64,000 nt of DNA, from NCBI GenBank assembly GCA_963778545.1, contig CAVZUW010000015.1:115825-179824 (forward strand). The letters run 5' to 3'. Both the position numbers and the translations under genes were made by a program. Source of the DNA: an uncultured Actinomycetes bacterium (GTDB lineage: Bacteria > Actinomycetota > UBA4738 > HRBIN12). Shown piece after piece: positions 26,338 to 35,209 of this stretch (the first letter of the stretch is position 1; each line of letters begins with the position of its first letter). Under the pieces are notes generated by a model, which was given only the letters and a program-made list of their open reading frames with translations, had not been told where the DNA came from and searched no databases.

Positions 26338-26895
26338 ATGGCACAGGAGCGAGCACCCGAGCGCGTACAGTCGCTGGTGGGCGAGGAGTCGGAGACGACC
26401 CCTTGGGAGATGGCACAAGAACGTCTTGCCGATCCTGAGCACGAGAGAACGAGCTGGCTTGCGACGACGCGACCGGACGGTCGGCCACACCTCATGCCCC
26501 TGATCGCCTTCTGGATCGACGGTGCGTTGCACATCGTCGTGGGGGAGGGAACTCGAAAGGCACGCAACCTCTCTGCGGACAGTCGCTGTGTCGTCGCCAC
26601 GACGAGCACGACGCTCCCATCTCTCGACATCGTCGTCGAGGGTCGAGCCGATCCGGTCATCGAGGAAGACGCGGTCCGACGCCTTGCGGGGACCCTCCGC
26701 GCGAACGGCTGGCCGCTCGAGGCCAAAGGCGACAAGGTCTACGGTCCGAACGCTCCAACGGCCGGCCCGCCGCCGTACACGATCTTCCGGATCGTCACGT
26801 CGAAGGTGTTCGGCCTTCCGGGCATGTACGGGATGGACCAGTTCGATCCGGCAGAACTACCCCGACCGACCCGCTGGGACTTCGGTAGCGCCTGA
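26338..26895 (+). CDS. Pyridoxamine 5'-phosphate oxidase-like FMN/F420-binding split-barrel protein
   Basis: An SD (AAGGAGGG) precedes the start. WLATTRPDGRPHLMPLIAFWIDGALHIVVGEGTRKARNL is typical of the PNPOx-like family. Confidence 0.7.
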   Translation: MAQERAPERVQSLVGEESETTPWEMAQERLADPEHERTSWLATTRPDGRPHLMPLIAFWIDGALHIVVGEGTRKARNLSADSRCVVATTSTTLPSLDIVVEGRADPVIEEDAVRRLAGTLRANGWPLEAKGDKVYGPNAPTAGPPPYTIFRIVTSKVFGLPGMYGMDQFDPAELPRPTRWDFGSA

Positions 26896-26981
26896 CCTCG
26901 ATCTCGGCGTGAATGAGTCGCCGAGAGCCAACGTGGACTTCGCAACATCCCGATCAGCAGGCCCGCAGGCTCTCGTTCGGG

Positions 26982-27122
26982 TCAGTAGATGCCGCCGGAA
27001 CCGCCTCCGGCGTTCGCGGCGATCAGGATCACCGCCACCACGACCACGATCCCGACGGCGATCGCGAGCCACGTCCTCCGGCTCCAACCCCCGCGCCGCT
27101 TCATCCCGCTCGAGCTGTCCAT
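26982..27122 (-). CDS. Possible 46-aa single-TM peptide (below the cutoff of the ORF track)
   Basis: MDSSSGMKRRGGWSRRTWLAIAVGIVVVVAVILIAANAGGGSGGIY. An SD (GGAGGAGG) lies 6 nt upstream of the ATG at 27122. Confidence 0.3.
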   Translation of the reverse strand: MDSSSGMKRRGGWSRRTWLAIAVGIVVVVAVILIAANAGGGSGGIY

Positions 27123-27281
27123 CTCGGACCTCCTCCGGCTCGTCCTTCGCGCGGATGCGCCTTGTCTTGCGATTCGTACCCACGCGACCGAGGGTTCCCA
27201 CGGCGACGGTGACGAACGTCACCTTCGTGCAGCGAGCCGAGGCGTGATCTGCGGCGAAGGGGACGGCTCGGAGGCGGGAGG

Positions 27282-28022
27282 CTAGAGCCAGTCGCCTTGG
27301 AAGCGGACGCGGAGAACCTCGTCGCCGTCCGCGTAGACGAGCGCGACGGGCAGGAACCCGTCGGTTCCGTCGATCGTGATCCAGCCCTTGATGCTCTGGT
27401 GGGCGGCGACGGCTCGGGTGTCGGCGATGAACCTCGTCGACGGGCTGCCGACCGGCGGCGTCGGGAACGCGGGCCTCGGCTTGCCGTTGGCGGGCTCGAC
27501 CGTGAAGCCATCGAGGTTCACGTAGACCCGTCCCTTGGAGTGGTTCGTGAGACGGACGAGGAAGAAGTAGCGGTCGAGGCCGGGCTCCTCCACGCAGCGG
27601 TGATGGAAGACCGTGAGGGTCTTGCCCCCCGCCCGCAGGCCCTGGGCCACGCACTCGGGCGGATGCGCGCCGAGCGCGATCACCTTGAGCTCCAGCCGCG
27701 TCCCGTCGACGCTCGAGGGGAACGTCGCGGCCACGGTGCCGGCCGGTGCGGGTGGCGCGTCGCCCGTCCCCAGCGATCCGGACGGACCCGTGACGGTCAG
27801 CGGTGGCCGGATCTGGCTCTGCGGTGCCTCGCCGCCGAGCACGGCGCCGAGGACCTTCCACAGGACGATCACGCCGAGCACCGCGGCACCGACGATGAGC
27901 CAGGTTCGAAGCGCCGGGTTCGACCCGCCACCCGAGCGAGCGGGAGCACCCCGCGAAGGGCGTTTCGAGGGCGTCGGTCGACGGACCGGCGCCTGACGGC
28001 TGCGTTGCGGCGCTCGGGACAT
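27282..28022 (-). CDS. Membrane-anchored protein with a DUF4352-like extracellular beta-sandwich domain
   Basis: A basic N-terminus is followed by the TM helix WLIVGAAVLGVIVLWKVLGAVLG and then a ~170-aa domain (YFFLVRLTNHSKGRVYVNLDGFTV...). The family assignment is from memory only. Confidence 0.5.
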   Translation of the reverse strand: MSRAPQRSRQAPVRRPTPSKRPSRGAPARSGGGSNPALRTWLIVGAAVLGVIVLWKVLGAVLGGEAPQSQIRPPLTVTGPSGSLGTGDAPPAPAGTVAATFPSSVDGTRLELKVIALGAHPPECVAQGLRAGGKTLTVFHHRCVEEPGLDRYFFLVRLTNHSKGRVYVNLDGFTVEPANGKPRPAFPTPPVGSPSTRFIADTRAVAAHQSIKGWITIDGTDGFLPVALVYADGDEVLRVRFQGDWL

Positions 28023-28060
28023 CTCTGTGCCGATATCGCCCCCGGGCGCACGTTCCTTTA

Positions 28061-28093
28061 GGGCCCCGACGCACGGATCGTGCGTGCCGGCCC
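28061..28093 (-). terminator. Stem-loop directly after the HAD gene stop
   Basis: gggccccgacgcacg-gat-cgtgcgtgccggccc gives 7 + 5 bp with a 3-nt internal mismatch. There is no U-tract. Confidence 0.4.
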
Positions 28094-28100
28094 GAAAGGG

Positions 28101-28769
28101 CTAGCGGACGCCGATCTCGTCGAGGTGGCGGAGGAGGTCGGCCGGGTCGTCGTAGACGCGGTAGGCGCCGGCGCGTTCGAGCTCCTCGAGGCCGTACCCG
28201 CCGGAGAGCACCCCGATCCCGAGGGATCGTGCCCGGCGAGCGGCGAGCAGGTCCCAGACGCTGTCGCCCACGACCACGCAGTTCTCGGCCGCCATGCCCA
28301 GCGCGTCGGCCGCGGCGAGGAACAGGTCGGGGTCGGGCTTGGCGCGTTCGACGAGATCGCGCGTGATGACGGGCACGTCCTCCGGGAGCCCGAGGAGCTC
28401 GAGCGTCGGGCCCGCCGACTCGCGGTAGCCGCTCGTCGCGATCGCCCACGGCACACCGATCGAGGTGAGATGCGTGAGGAGCTCGCGCGCGCCCGGCAGG
28501 GGACGGACCTCGGTCGAACGCTCGGCGTACGCCTCGGCGTGCAGGCGGCGGAGCTCGCCCGCCTGCTGGTCGGTCACCTCGCGGCCGGTCTCGCGCAGGA
28601 GGGCGTTCGCGAACAGGCCGCCGCTCATCCCCACCTTGCGGTGGATCCGCCAGACGGACAGGTCGATCCCCGCTCGGTCGAGCGCGATCCGCCACGCCAG
28701 GACGTGCTGGTACACGCTGTCGACGAGCGTCCCGTCGAGGTCGAAGAGGAACCCCTGGGCCCGATCCAC
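28101..28769 (-). CDS. HAD-superfamily hydrolase (phosphoglycolate phosphatase / beta-PGM-like subfamily IA)
   Basis: FLFDLDGTLVDS (motif I), ATSG (motif II), and KPDPDLF...VVVGDSVWDLLAA (motifs III/IV). GTG start. Confidence 0.8.
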   Translation of the reverse strand: MDRAQGFLFDLDGTLVDSVYQHVLAWRIALDRAGIDLSVWRIHRKVGMSGGLFANALLRETGREVTDQQAGELRRLHAEAYAERSTEVRPLPGARELLTHLTSIGVPWAIATSGYRESAGPTLELLGLPEDVPVITRDLVERAKPDPDLFLAAADALGMAAENCVVVGDSVWDLLAARRARSLGIGVLSGGYGLEELERAGAYRVYDDPADLLRHLDEIGVR

Positions 28770-28775
28770 GCGGCC

Positions 28776-28781
28776 ATGCTA
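28776..28781 (-). promoter_or_regulatory. -10 hexamer TAGCAT for a leaderless HAD transcript
   Basis: The plus strand reads atgcta. It lies 6 nt from GTG 28769. Confidence 0.4.
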
Positions 28782-28925
28782 CGGGCGAGGAGGAGCACCG
28801 CGCCGGTCGTTCCCTCGGGCCGGGCTCGTTGCTACACTCGCGGCGTGAGTTGAGGTCGATCTCCCGGGCACGACCTGCGCCGATCGGCGCTCGTTGACGC
28901 ACCTCTCACGCCAGGAGACGACCGC

Positions 28926-28970
28926 ATGTTCGATCGATCGACCCACCAGCAACCCCGGAGCCCTCGATGA
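28926..28970 (+). promoter_or_regulatory. 14-codon leader uORF (MFDRSTHQQPRSPR) whose TGA overlaps the ABC-F ATG
   Basis: AGGAGA lies 7 nt upstream of ATG 28926. The uORF stop and the ABC-F start share cgATGAgc. Two hairpins (28853-28876 and the palindrome GCGCCGATCGGCGC at 28877-28890) lie upstream in the leader. Confidence 0.3.
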
Positions 28971-30562
28971 GCGTGCTCGAGGTCACCGACCTTTCCGTCG
29001 AGGTCGCCGGGTCCCCGATCCTCGAAGGCCTGACGCTTTCCCTGCGCGCCGGCGACAAGACCGGCGTCGTCGGTCGCAACGGAGCCGGCAAGACGAGCCT
29101 GCTCAACGTGATCGCCGGCGACGAGCCGCCGCTCGCCGGGCGAGCCGTCGTCCGGGGTCGGCTCGGCTACCTGCGGCAGGAGCCGCGGGGACGCGAGACC
29201 GAGACGCACGCGGCCCTCGCGCACGTCCTCGAGGCCCGCGGGCTCCAGGAGATGGCCGAGCGCCTCGAGAAGTTCCGGCTCGCGATGGAGGAGCGCCCGA
29301 CCGAGACCAACGTCGCGCGCTTCACGCGCCTCGAGGAGCGGTACCGGGCGACCGGTGGGTATTCGGGCGAGGCCGAGGCGCGTCGCATCGCGGCGGGGCT
29401 CGGCCTGCCCGACGACCGGCTCGACCTGCCGGTCCGAGCGCTCTCCGGTGGCGAACGGCGGCGACTCGAGCTCACCCGGATCCTGTTCTCGGGCTCCGAC
29501 CTCCTGCTCCTGGACGAGCCGACGAACCACCTCGACAGCGACGCCAAGCACTGGCTGATGAGGTTCCTCGGGGGGTACCGCGGGGCGCTCGTCGTGGTCA
29601 GTCACGATCTCGGACTGCTCGACGGGGCGATCACCCGGATCCTGCACCTGGACCGCGACGGGGTCGTCCAGTACCGGGGGACCTACTCGGAGTACCGGGC
29701 CGCGCGCCGCGCCGACGAGGCGCGGTTGGGTGCGCTCGCCGGGCGGCAGCAGGCCGAGGTGAAGCGGCTGAAGACGCTCGCGGACTCGATGCGCGGGCAG
29801 ACGGTCAAGCGCGCCAAGAAGGCGAAGGCGCTCGACAGCCGCGTCCGCAAGCTCCAGGAGCGCGTCGTGAAGGCGCCGACCCACGAACGCGTCGTTCGGT
29901 ACCGGTTCCCCGAACCCCCGAGGGCGGGTGCGATCGTGCTGGAGGCCGAGGAGCTCGCGAAGGGGTACGGCGGCCCGCCGGTGTTCGAGGACATCGGGTT
30001 CCACGTCGCCAGGGGCGAGCGGTTGCTGATCATGGGGCTGAACGGGGCCGGCAAGACGAGCCTGCTCAAGATCCTCGCGGACGTCACCGCCGCGGACGCG
30101 GGGTCGTTCCGCCTGGGCCACGGCGTCTCGCTCGGGTACTACGCGCAGGAGCACGAGGGGATCCGCGACGGCGAGTCGGTGCTCGCGCACGTCCGCGCCG
30201 AGTCCGTCGACGCCTCGGATCAGGACCTGCGCGGGCTGCTCGGGATGTTCGGCCTCACCGGGCGGGTGTCGTTCCAGGACGCCGGCACGCTCTCGGGCGG
30301 GGAGAAGACGAAGCTCGCGCTCGCGCAGCTGGTGGCGGGCAGGCGGAACCTCCTCCTGCTCGACGAGCCGACCAACAACCTCGACCCGCCCTCGCGGACG
30401 GCGGTGGCCGAGGCGCTCGCGGGCTGGTCGGGTTCCATGGTGCTGGTGAGCCACGACGTCGGCTTCGTGCAGGCGCTCGCGCCGCACAAGGTCCTGATGA
30501 TGCCCGAGGGCGAGCTCGCGCTCTGGGACGACGAGCTGCTCGAGCTCGTCGCGCTCGCCTAG
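28967..30562 (+). CDS. ABC-F family ATPase (two NBDs, no TM domain; translation factor or ribosomal-protection type)
   Basis: 531 aa. Motifs are GRNGAGKTSLL / LSGGERRRL / LLLLDEPTNHLD and GLNGAGKTSLL / LSGGEKTKL / LLLLDEPTNNLD, with a basic interdomain linker QQAEVKRLKTLADSMRGQTVKRAKKAKALDSRVRKLQ. Confidence 0.85.
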   Translation: MSVLEVTDLSVEVAGSPILEGLTLSLRAGDKTGVVGRNGAGKTSLLNVIAGDEPPLAGRAVVRGRLGYLRQEPRGRETETHAALAHVLEARGLQEMAERLEKFRLAMEERPTETNVARFTRLEERYRATGGYSGEAEARRIAAGLGLPDDRLDLPVRALSGGERRRLELTRILFSGSDLLLLDEPTNHLDSDAKHWLMRFLGGYRGALVVVSHDLGLLDGAITRILHLDRDGVVQYRGTYSEYRAARRADEARLGALAGRQQAEVKRLKTLADSMRGQTVKRAKKAKALDSRVRKLQERVVKAPTHERVVRYRFPEPPRAGAIVLEAEELAKGYGGPPVFEDIGFHVARGERLLIMGLNGAGKTSLLKILADVTAADAGSFRLGHGVSLGYYAQEHEGIRDGESVLAHVRAESVDASDQDLRGLLGMFGLTGRVSFQDAGTLSGGEKTKLALAQLVAGRRNLLLLDEPTNNLDPPSRTAVAEALAGWSGSMVLVSHDVGFVQALAPHKVLMMPEGELALWDDELLELVALA

Positions 30563-32055
30563 CCGAGCACCCGGAAGGGCGCGGACCCCCGGCACCGGTA
30601 CGAGTCGTCGAGGCACAGCCGAACCTCGTAGCGACCGGCTCGCAGCGGCCACGGCGCGGAGCCGCGCGCGCCGGGCCCGATCGGCAGGCTCCCGTCGATG
30701 CGAGCCTCGGTGTATCGCCACGTCAGGTAGGGGTCCCCTTTCGCCGAGTGGCCGGCGCGGAAGACGGCCAGCCAGTCGAACTGGTTGCCCGGCGCGAACG
30801 CCCAGCTCACCTCGAGCCGCTGGTCGCCTTCGAGCGTGGGGTCGGCGACGGTGAGCTCGGGGAGCTGATCATCGGCGATCAGCACCACGGTGTCCCGCGA
30901 CAGCTCGGTGTCCGTCGCGTCCAGCAGGACGACGTCGTAGGCGCCCTGCTCCAGCTGGCGTCGTGTCGAACGCCACGGTCCCGTCCGGGGCCGAGCCGGT
31001 CGGGAGATCCGCGAGCGGCGTCGTCGAACCCGAGGCGGTCAGGATCACGTGGTCGCCCGGATCCTTCGGCGCGGAACCGGGCGCGGAGCGGCAGTCCGAG
31101 CCGGGCGCTCTCGCCTTCGGCCACGACCGAGACCGGCATCGGCGCCGGCGTGACGGTGAACGACGAGGCGACGGCGCGGTGGTCGGAGGGCCAGGGGCGG
31201 ATCGCGAGGTCCGCGTTCGCGCGCGACTCGCCGATGACCCGGGTCGCGTTCGTCTCGACCGGACCCGCGGCCCAGACGAAGTCGATCCGGTCGAACACCT
31301 CCCACGGGTACACGTACGGAGCCGGGTAGCCCGCGGTCCACGTGAACCCGGGGTCCGTGACCGGATCGGGATACACCTCGCGGTACGAATCCCGGAAGCC
31401 GGCCTCCTCCATCGCGAGCGAGACCGGCCAACGCATCGTGTACGGAAGCCCGCGCGCGCGAACCGCGGCGGAGGTCCAGTCGCGGTGGGAGGGGGCGTTG
31501 AAGTCGCCGGTGAAGAACGTCGGCACGCCGGCCGAGAGCAACGGCTCGAGCGCCGAGAGGTGGTCGCGGATCTGGTCAAGGCGCGTGCGCCGTTCCTGCG
31601 CCATGGCCTCGGCGCGGCCGAACCCGCGGTTCACGATCCGGTAGGGCGTGTACGGGCAGCAGGTGAGGTGCGTGTTCGCGATCGCCGCCACCTCGCCCGG
31701 CGCGAGCAGCAGGTAGGCCCAATCGCCGTTCGAGCCCGAGGGCTCCAGGATCGGGAACCTCGAGACCAGGTGCATCCGCGGCGAGGCGTGGAACCCGAGC
31801 GCCTTCGCGATCCTTCGGGTGCGCGCGTACGGCTCCTGGAGCCCGACGACGTCGGCGCCCGCCTCGCGGATCGCCCGGACGACCTCGTCGAGCCCGTGGG
31901 TGACGGTGGCGCCGTACCAGATGTTGAAGGTCATCACGGTGAGATCGACCGGTTGGAGCGCGGTCTGCCCCGACGCTCCCGAGGACGGCCACGACCGGCC
32001 CCATCGCCAGGGCGAGGCCCACCGCGCCCGCGCACAGCCTTCGTCTGCCCACCAT
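30559..32055 (-). pseudogene. Secreted endonuclease/exonuclease/phosphatase (EEP) family protein with C-terminal beta-sandwich-like extensions; three +1 frameshifts as sequenced
   Basis: The signal peptide MVGRRRLCAGAVGLALAMGPVVAVLGS is in one frame. TALQPVDLTVMTFNIWYG...GDFNAPSHRDW...PSDHRAV is in the next. PKDPGDHVILTASG... and QLEQGAYDVVLLDATD...RYEVRLCLDD are in two further frames. Removing 3 nt from 1497 gives 498 codons. Confidence 0.7.
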
Positions 32056-32064
32056 GGTCGGCGC

Positions 32065-32070
32065 AGCATA
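32065..32070 (-). promoter_or_regulatory. -10 hexamer TATGCT for the EEP gene (near-leaderless)
   Basis: The plus strand reads agcata. It lies 9 nt from ATG 32055. Confidence 0.35.
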
Positions 32071-32087
32071 GTCCTGGGGTAGGTCGC

Positions 32088-32093
32088 TATGCT
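32088..32093 (+). promoter_or_regulatory. Candidate -10 hexamer TATGCT for the amidohydrolase/demethylase gene string
   Basis: It lies 47 nt upstream of ATG 32141. The leader contains the GGGAGAGGAACGAGG SD region. Confidence 0.3.
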
Positions 32094-32140
32094 CTGCGCG
32101 CTCCGGCGTCCGACAGCACCGATCGGGAGAGGAACGAGGC

Positions 32141-33804
32141 ATGGCTCCGAACGGCACCGTCGACCTCGCGTTCGTCAACGGGCGCGTCGCCACGATGGAC
32201 GCCGCGCGGCGCTGGGCCGGCGCGGTCGCGGTCTCGCAGGGGCAGATCGTCGCGGTCGGGACCGACGGCGATGTGGGCGAGCTGATCGGCTCGGAGACCG
32301 AGGTGGTGGATCTCGCCGGGAGGCTGCTCGTGCCGGGGTTCCAGGATGCGCACGTCCACCCGCCGTCGAGTGGCCTCGAGATGCTGCGCTGCAACCTCTC
32401 CGAGGCCTACGACGCGCGCGAGTACGAGCGGATCGTCTCCGAGTACGCGTCGGCGAACCCGGAGGAACCGTGGGTCGTCGGCGGCGGGTGGTCGATGGAC
32501 ATCTTCCCGGGCGGCAACCCGCCGAAGGACGTCCTCGATCGTGTGGTGCCGGATCGGCCGGTGTTCCTGATGAGCCGGGACGGTCACAGCGCATGGGTGA
32601 ACTCCCGAGCACTCGAGATCGCAGGCGTGACGCGCGACACGCCCGACCCGGCGGACGGGTGGATCGTCCGGGACGCCGCGGGCGAACCCGCGGGCGCCGT
32701 GCACGAGGGCGCGTTCGTCCTGCGTCGAGCGGCACGTCCCCGAGGCGACGCCGTCGGATTGGGTCGACGGGCTCCTCGCCGCGCAGCGCCACCTGCATGC
32801 GCTCGGGATCACGGCGTGGCAGGACGCGATCGTCGGCGGCAGCTACCCGACCCTCGAGGCGTACCGGCAGGTCGCCGCGTCCGGGGAGCTCACCGCGCGG
32901 GTCGTGGGCGCGCTGTGGTGGGACCGGTACCGGGGGATCGAGCAGGTCCAGGACCTGGTCGCCGCGCGGGAGCGGGGCCGGGTCGGGCGGTTCGCGGCCA
33001 CGACGGTCAAGATCATGCAGGACGGCGTGATCGAGAACTTCACCGCCGCCGTCCTCGAGCCCTACCTGGACGCCGAGGGCCGGCTCACCGACAACCGGGG
33101 GAAGTCGTTCGTCGAGGCCGAGGAGCTGAAGACGGCCGTCACCCGACTGGACGCCGAGGGGTTCCAGGTGCACATCCACGCGATCGGGGAGCGCGCGGTC
33201 CGGGAGGCGCTCGATGCGTTCGAGTCGGCTCGCGCGGCGAACGGCTCGAACGACCATCGCCACCACATCGCACACATCCAGGTCGTGCACCCGGACGACG
33301 TCCCACGCTTCCGCGAGCTCGGCGTGGTCGCGAACGCCCAACCGTTGTGGGCGGTGAACGAGGGGCAGATGCTCCACCTCACGGTCCCGTTCCTGGGCCC
33401 GGAACGCTCGTCCTGGCAGTACCCGTTCGCGAGCCTCGTGCGTTCGGGGGCGGTGCTCGCGATGGGGAGCGACTGGTCGGTCTCGAGCGCGAACCCGCTG
33501 TGGGAGATGCACGTCGCCGTGAATCGCACCGCCCCGGACGCGTACGAGTACGGCGGCGGGACCGGCGAGCCGTTCCTGCCCCACGAACGCATCGACCTGC
33601 CGACCGCGCTCGCCGGGTTCACGATCAACAGCGCGTACGTGAACCACCTGGACCACCTCACCGGCTCGATCGAGGTCGGGAAACGGGCTGACCTCGCGGT
33701 CCTGGACCGGGACGTGTTCGCGAACCCCGTCGAGGAGATCGCCGACGCCTCCGTCGTGCTCACGTTCGTCGACGGCGAGCGCGTGTTCGACGGGCCGCGC
33801 GCTG
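32141..33804 (+). pseudogene. Metal-dependent amidohydrolase (YtcJ / amidohydrolase-3 family); +1 frameshift near 32723 and probably another just before the TGA at 33802
   Basis: LLVPGFQDAHVHP, FLMSRDGHSAWVNS, and after a frame hop VERHVPEATPSDW...KIMQDGVIENFTA...VHIHAIGERAV...GSDWSV...GKRADLAVLD. The sequenced frame has no stop until 34349, so the 3' end is inferred. Confidence 0.7.
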
Positions 33805-33909
33805 ACCAGCGGTCATGGGGGCTCGTTGCCAGGCCGGAAGGCCGGACGCACGATAGCCGCGGCCCCGACCGGGCCGAACGCACCCATCCGAGCCGAGGAG
33901 GTTTCCGTC

Positions 33910-35066
33910 ATGGCGTTCGACATGAGCCAGGTACAGCGCGGGGCGCGCAACCGCCGCACGCCGTACCACGAGGCGGCACAGAAGCACGACCCGAAGGGCT
34001 ACACCGTCTACAACCACATGTACTTCCCGATCCGGTTCGACTCGTTCGAGGCCGAGTTCGACACCCTCCTCAACGGGGTGACGCTGTGGGACGTCGCGGT
34101 CGAACGCTGCCTCGAGATCGGCGGCCCCGACGGGTTCCGGTTCGCCCAGCTGCTCACGCCGCGCGACCTGTCGACGTGCGCCGTCGGCCAGGCCAAGTAC
34201 GTCCTGATCTGCGACAGCGACGGCGGCATCATCAACGACCCGGTCATGACGCGGATGGACGAGAACACCTTCTGGTTCGCGCTCGCCTCCTCGGACGCGC
34301 TGCTGTTCGCGCGCGGCCTGAGGAACGCATACCCGGGACCTGGACGTGACGATCCGGGAGGCGGACGTCGCACCGCTCCAGGTCCAGGGGCCGAAGTCGA
34401 AGGACCTGATGGCCAAGCTCGATCGGCCCCGAGATCCTCGACCTGCGCTACTACTTCTGGACCGAGTCGAAGATCGCCGGCGCGCCGGTGGTGATCACGC
34501 GTACCGGCTGGACCTCCGAGGTCGGCTACGAGGTGTACCTCACCGACACGACCAAGGGCGTCGAGGTCTACGAGGCGATCATGGAGGCGGGGGACGAGTT
34601 CGGCGATCCGTCCCGACCGGCCCGAGCGACATCAGGCGGATCGAGGGCGCGATCTTCAACTGGGGCGCGGACATGACCTACGAGAACAACCCGATCGAGA
34701 TGGGTCTCGACCGCCTGATCGACTGGGACCTCGCGGACGATGCGAGTCATCTCGATGGCGGCCCTCCGCTCGATCCAGGAGCACGGCGTGCGCCGCCGGA
34801 TCAACGGCGTGGAGATGGACGGGGATCCGTTCCCGGAGCTCAACAACCTCAAGTGGCCGATCGTCGACGGGGGACAGGAGATCGGCAAGGTGACCTCGGC
34901 GATCTACTCGCCCAGGCTCGAGCGCAACATCGGGTTCGCGTGGCTCCCGGTCGAGCGCTCGACGCTCGGAGAGCGCGTCACGGTCGAGACCGAGTGGGGT
35001 GCCAGGACGGGGACCGTGGTCGAGATGCCGTTCGTCGATCCGAGCAAGCAGATCCCGGTCTCCTAG
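33910..35066 (+). pseudogene. GcvT/DmdA-family THF-dependent aminomethyl/methyl-transferase, paralog 1; five +1 frameshifts as sequenced
   Basis: An SD (GAGGAGG) precedes the start. Conserved segments are YTVYNHMYFP, TLWDVAVERCLEIGGPDGFRFAQLLTPRDLSTC, then (frame hops) DLDVTIREADVAPLQVQGPKS, GPEILDLRYYFW...VITRTGWTSEVGYEV, PTGPSDIRRIEGAIFNWGADM, and VISMAALRS...IYSPRLERNIGFAW. Removing 5 nt from 1157 gives 384 codons. Confidence 0.75.
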
Positions 35067-35146
35067 GACCACCGGCGCGAACCTGAAGCGCCGTTCAGCC
35101 GGTCGGGCGCGCTCGGGCCGCCCTGGCGGCTTGCGGCGGGGCGTGG

Positions 35147-35164
35147 TTTGAACGATGATTCAAA
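35147..35164. promoter_or_regulatory. AT-rich perfect inverted repeat TTTGAA-cgatga-TTCAAA (operator-like)
   Basis: It sits 46 nt upstream of the paralog-2 start, in the 143-bp gap between the two DmdA-like genes. 13 of its 18 positions are A/T in a ~70% GC context. Confidence 0.35.
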
Positions 35165-35209
35165 GTCCCGCCGGCGCCCGGCCGCGGGATCGAAGGGGGT
35201 CGTGCCCGG

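Noticed and set aside
30559-30562. The convergent ABC-F and EEP genes share the palindrome CTAG for their two stop codons.
   Set aside because: It is real but trivial. A 4-nt convergent overlap has no evident regulatory meaning.
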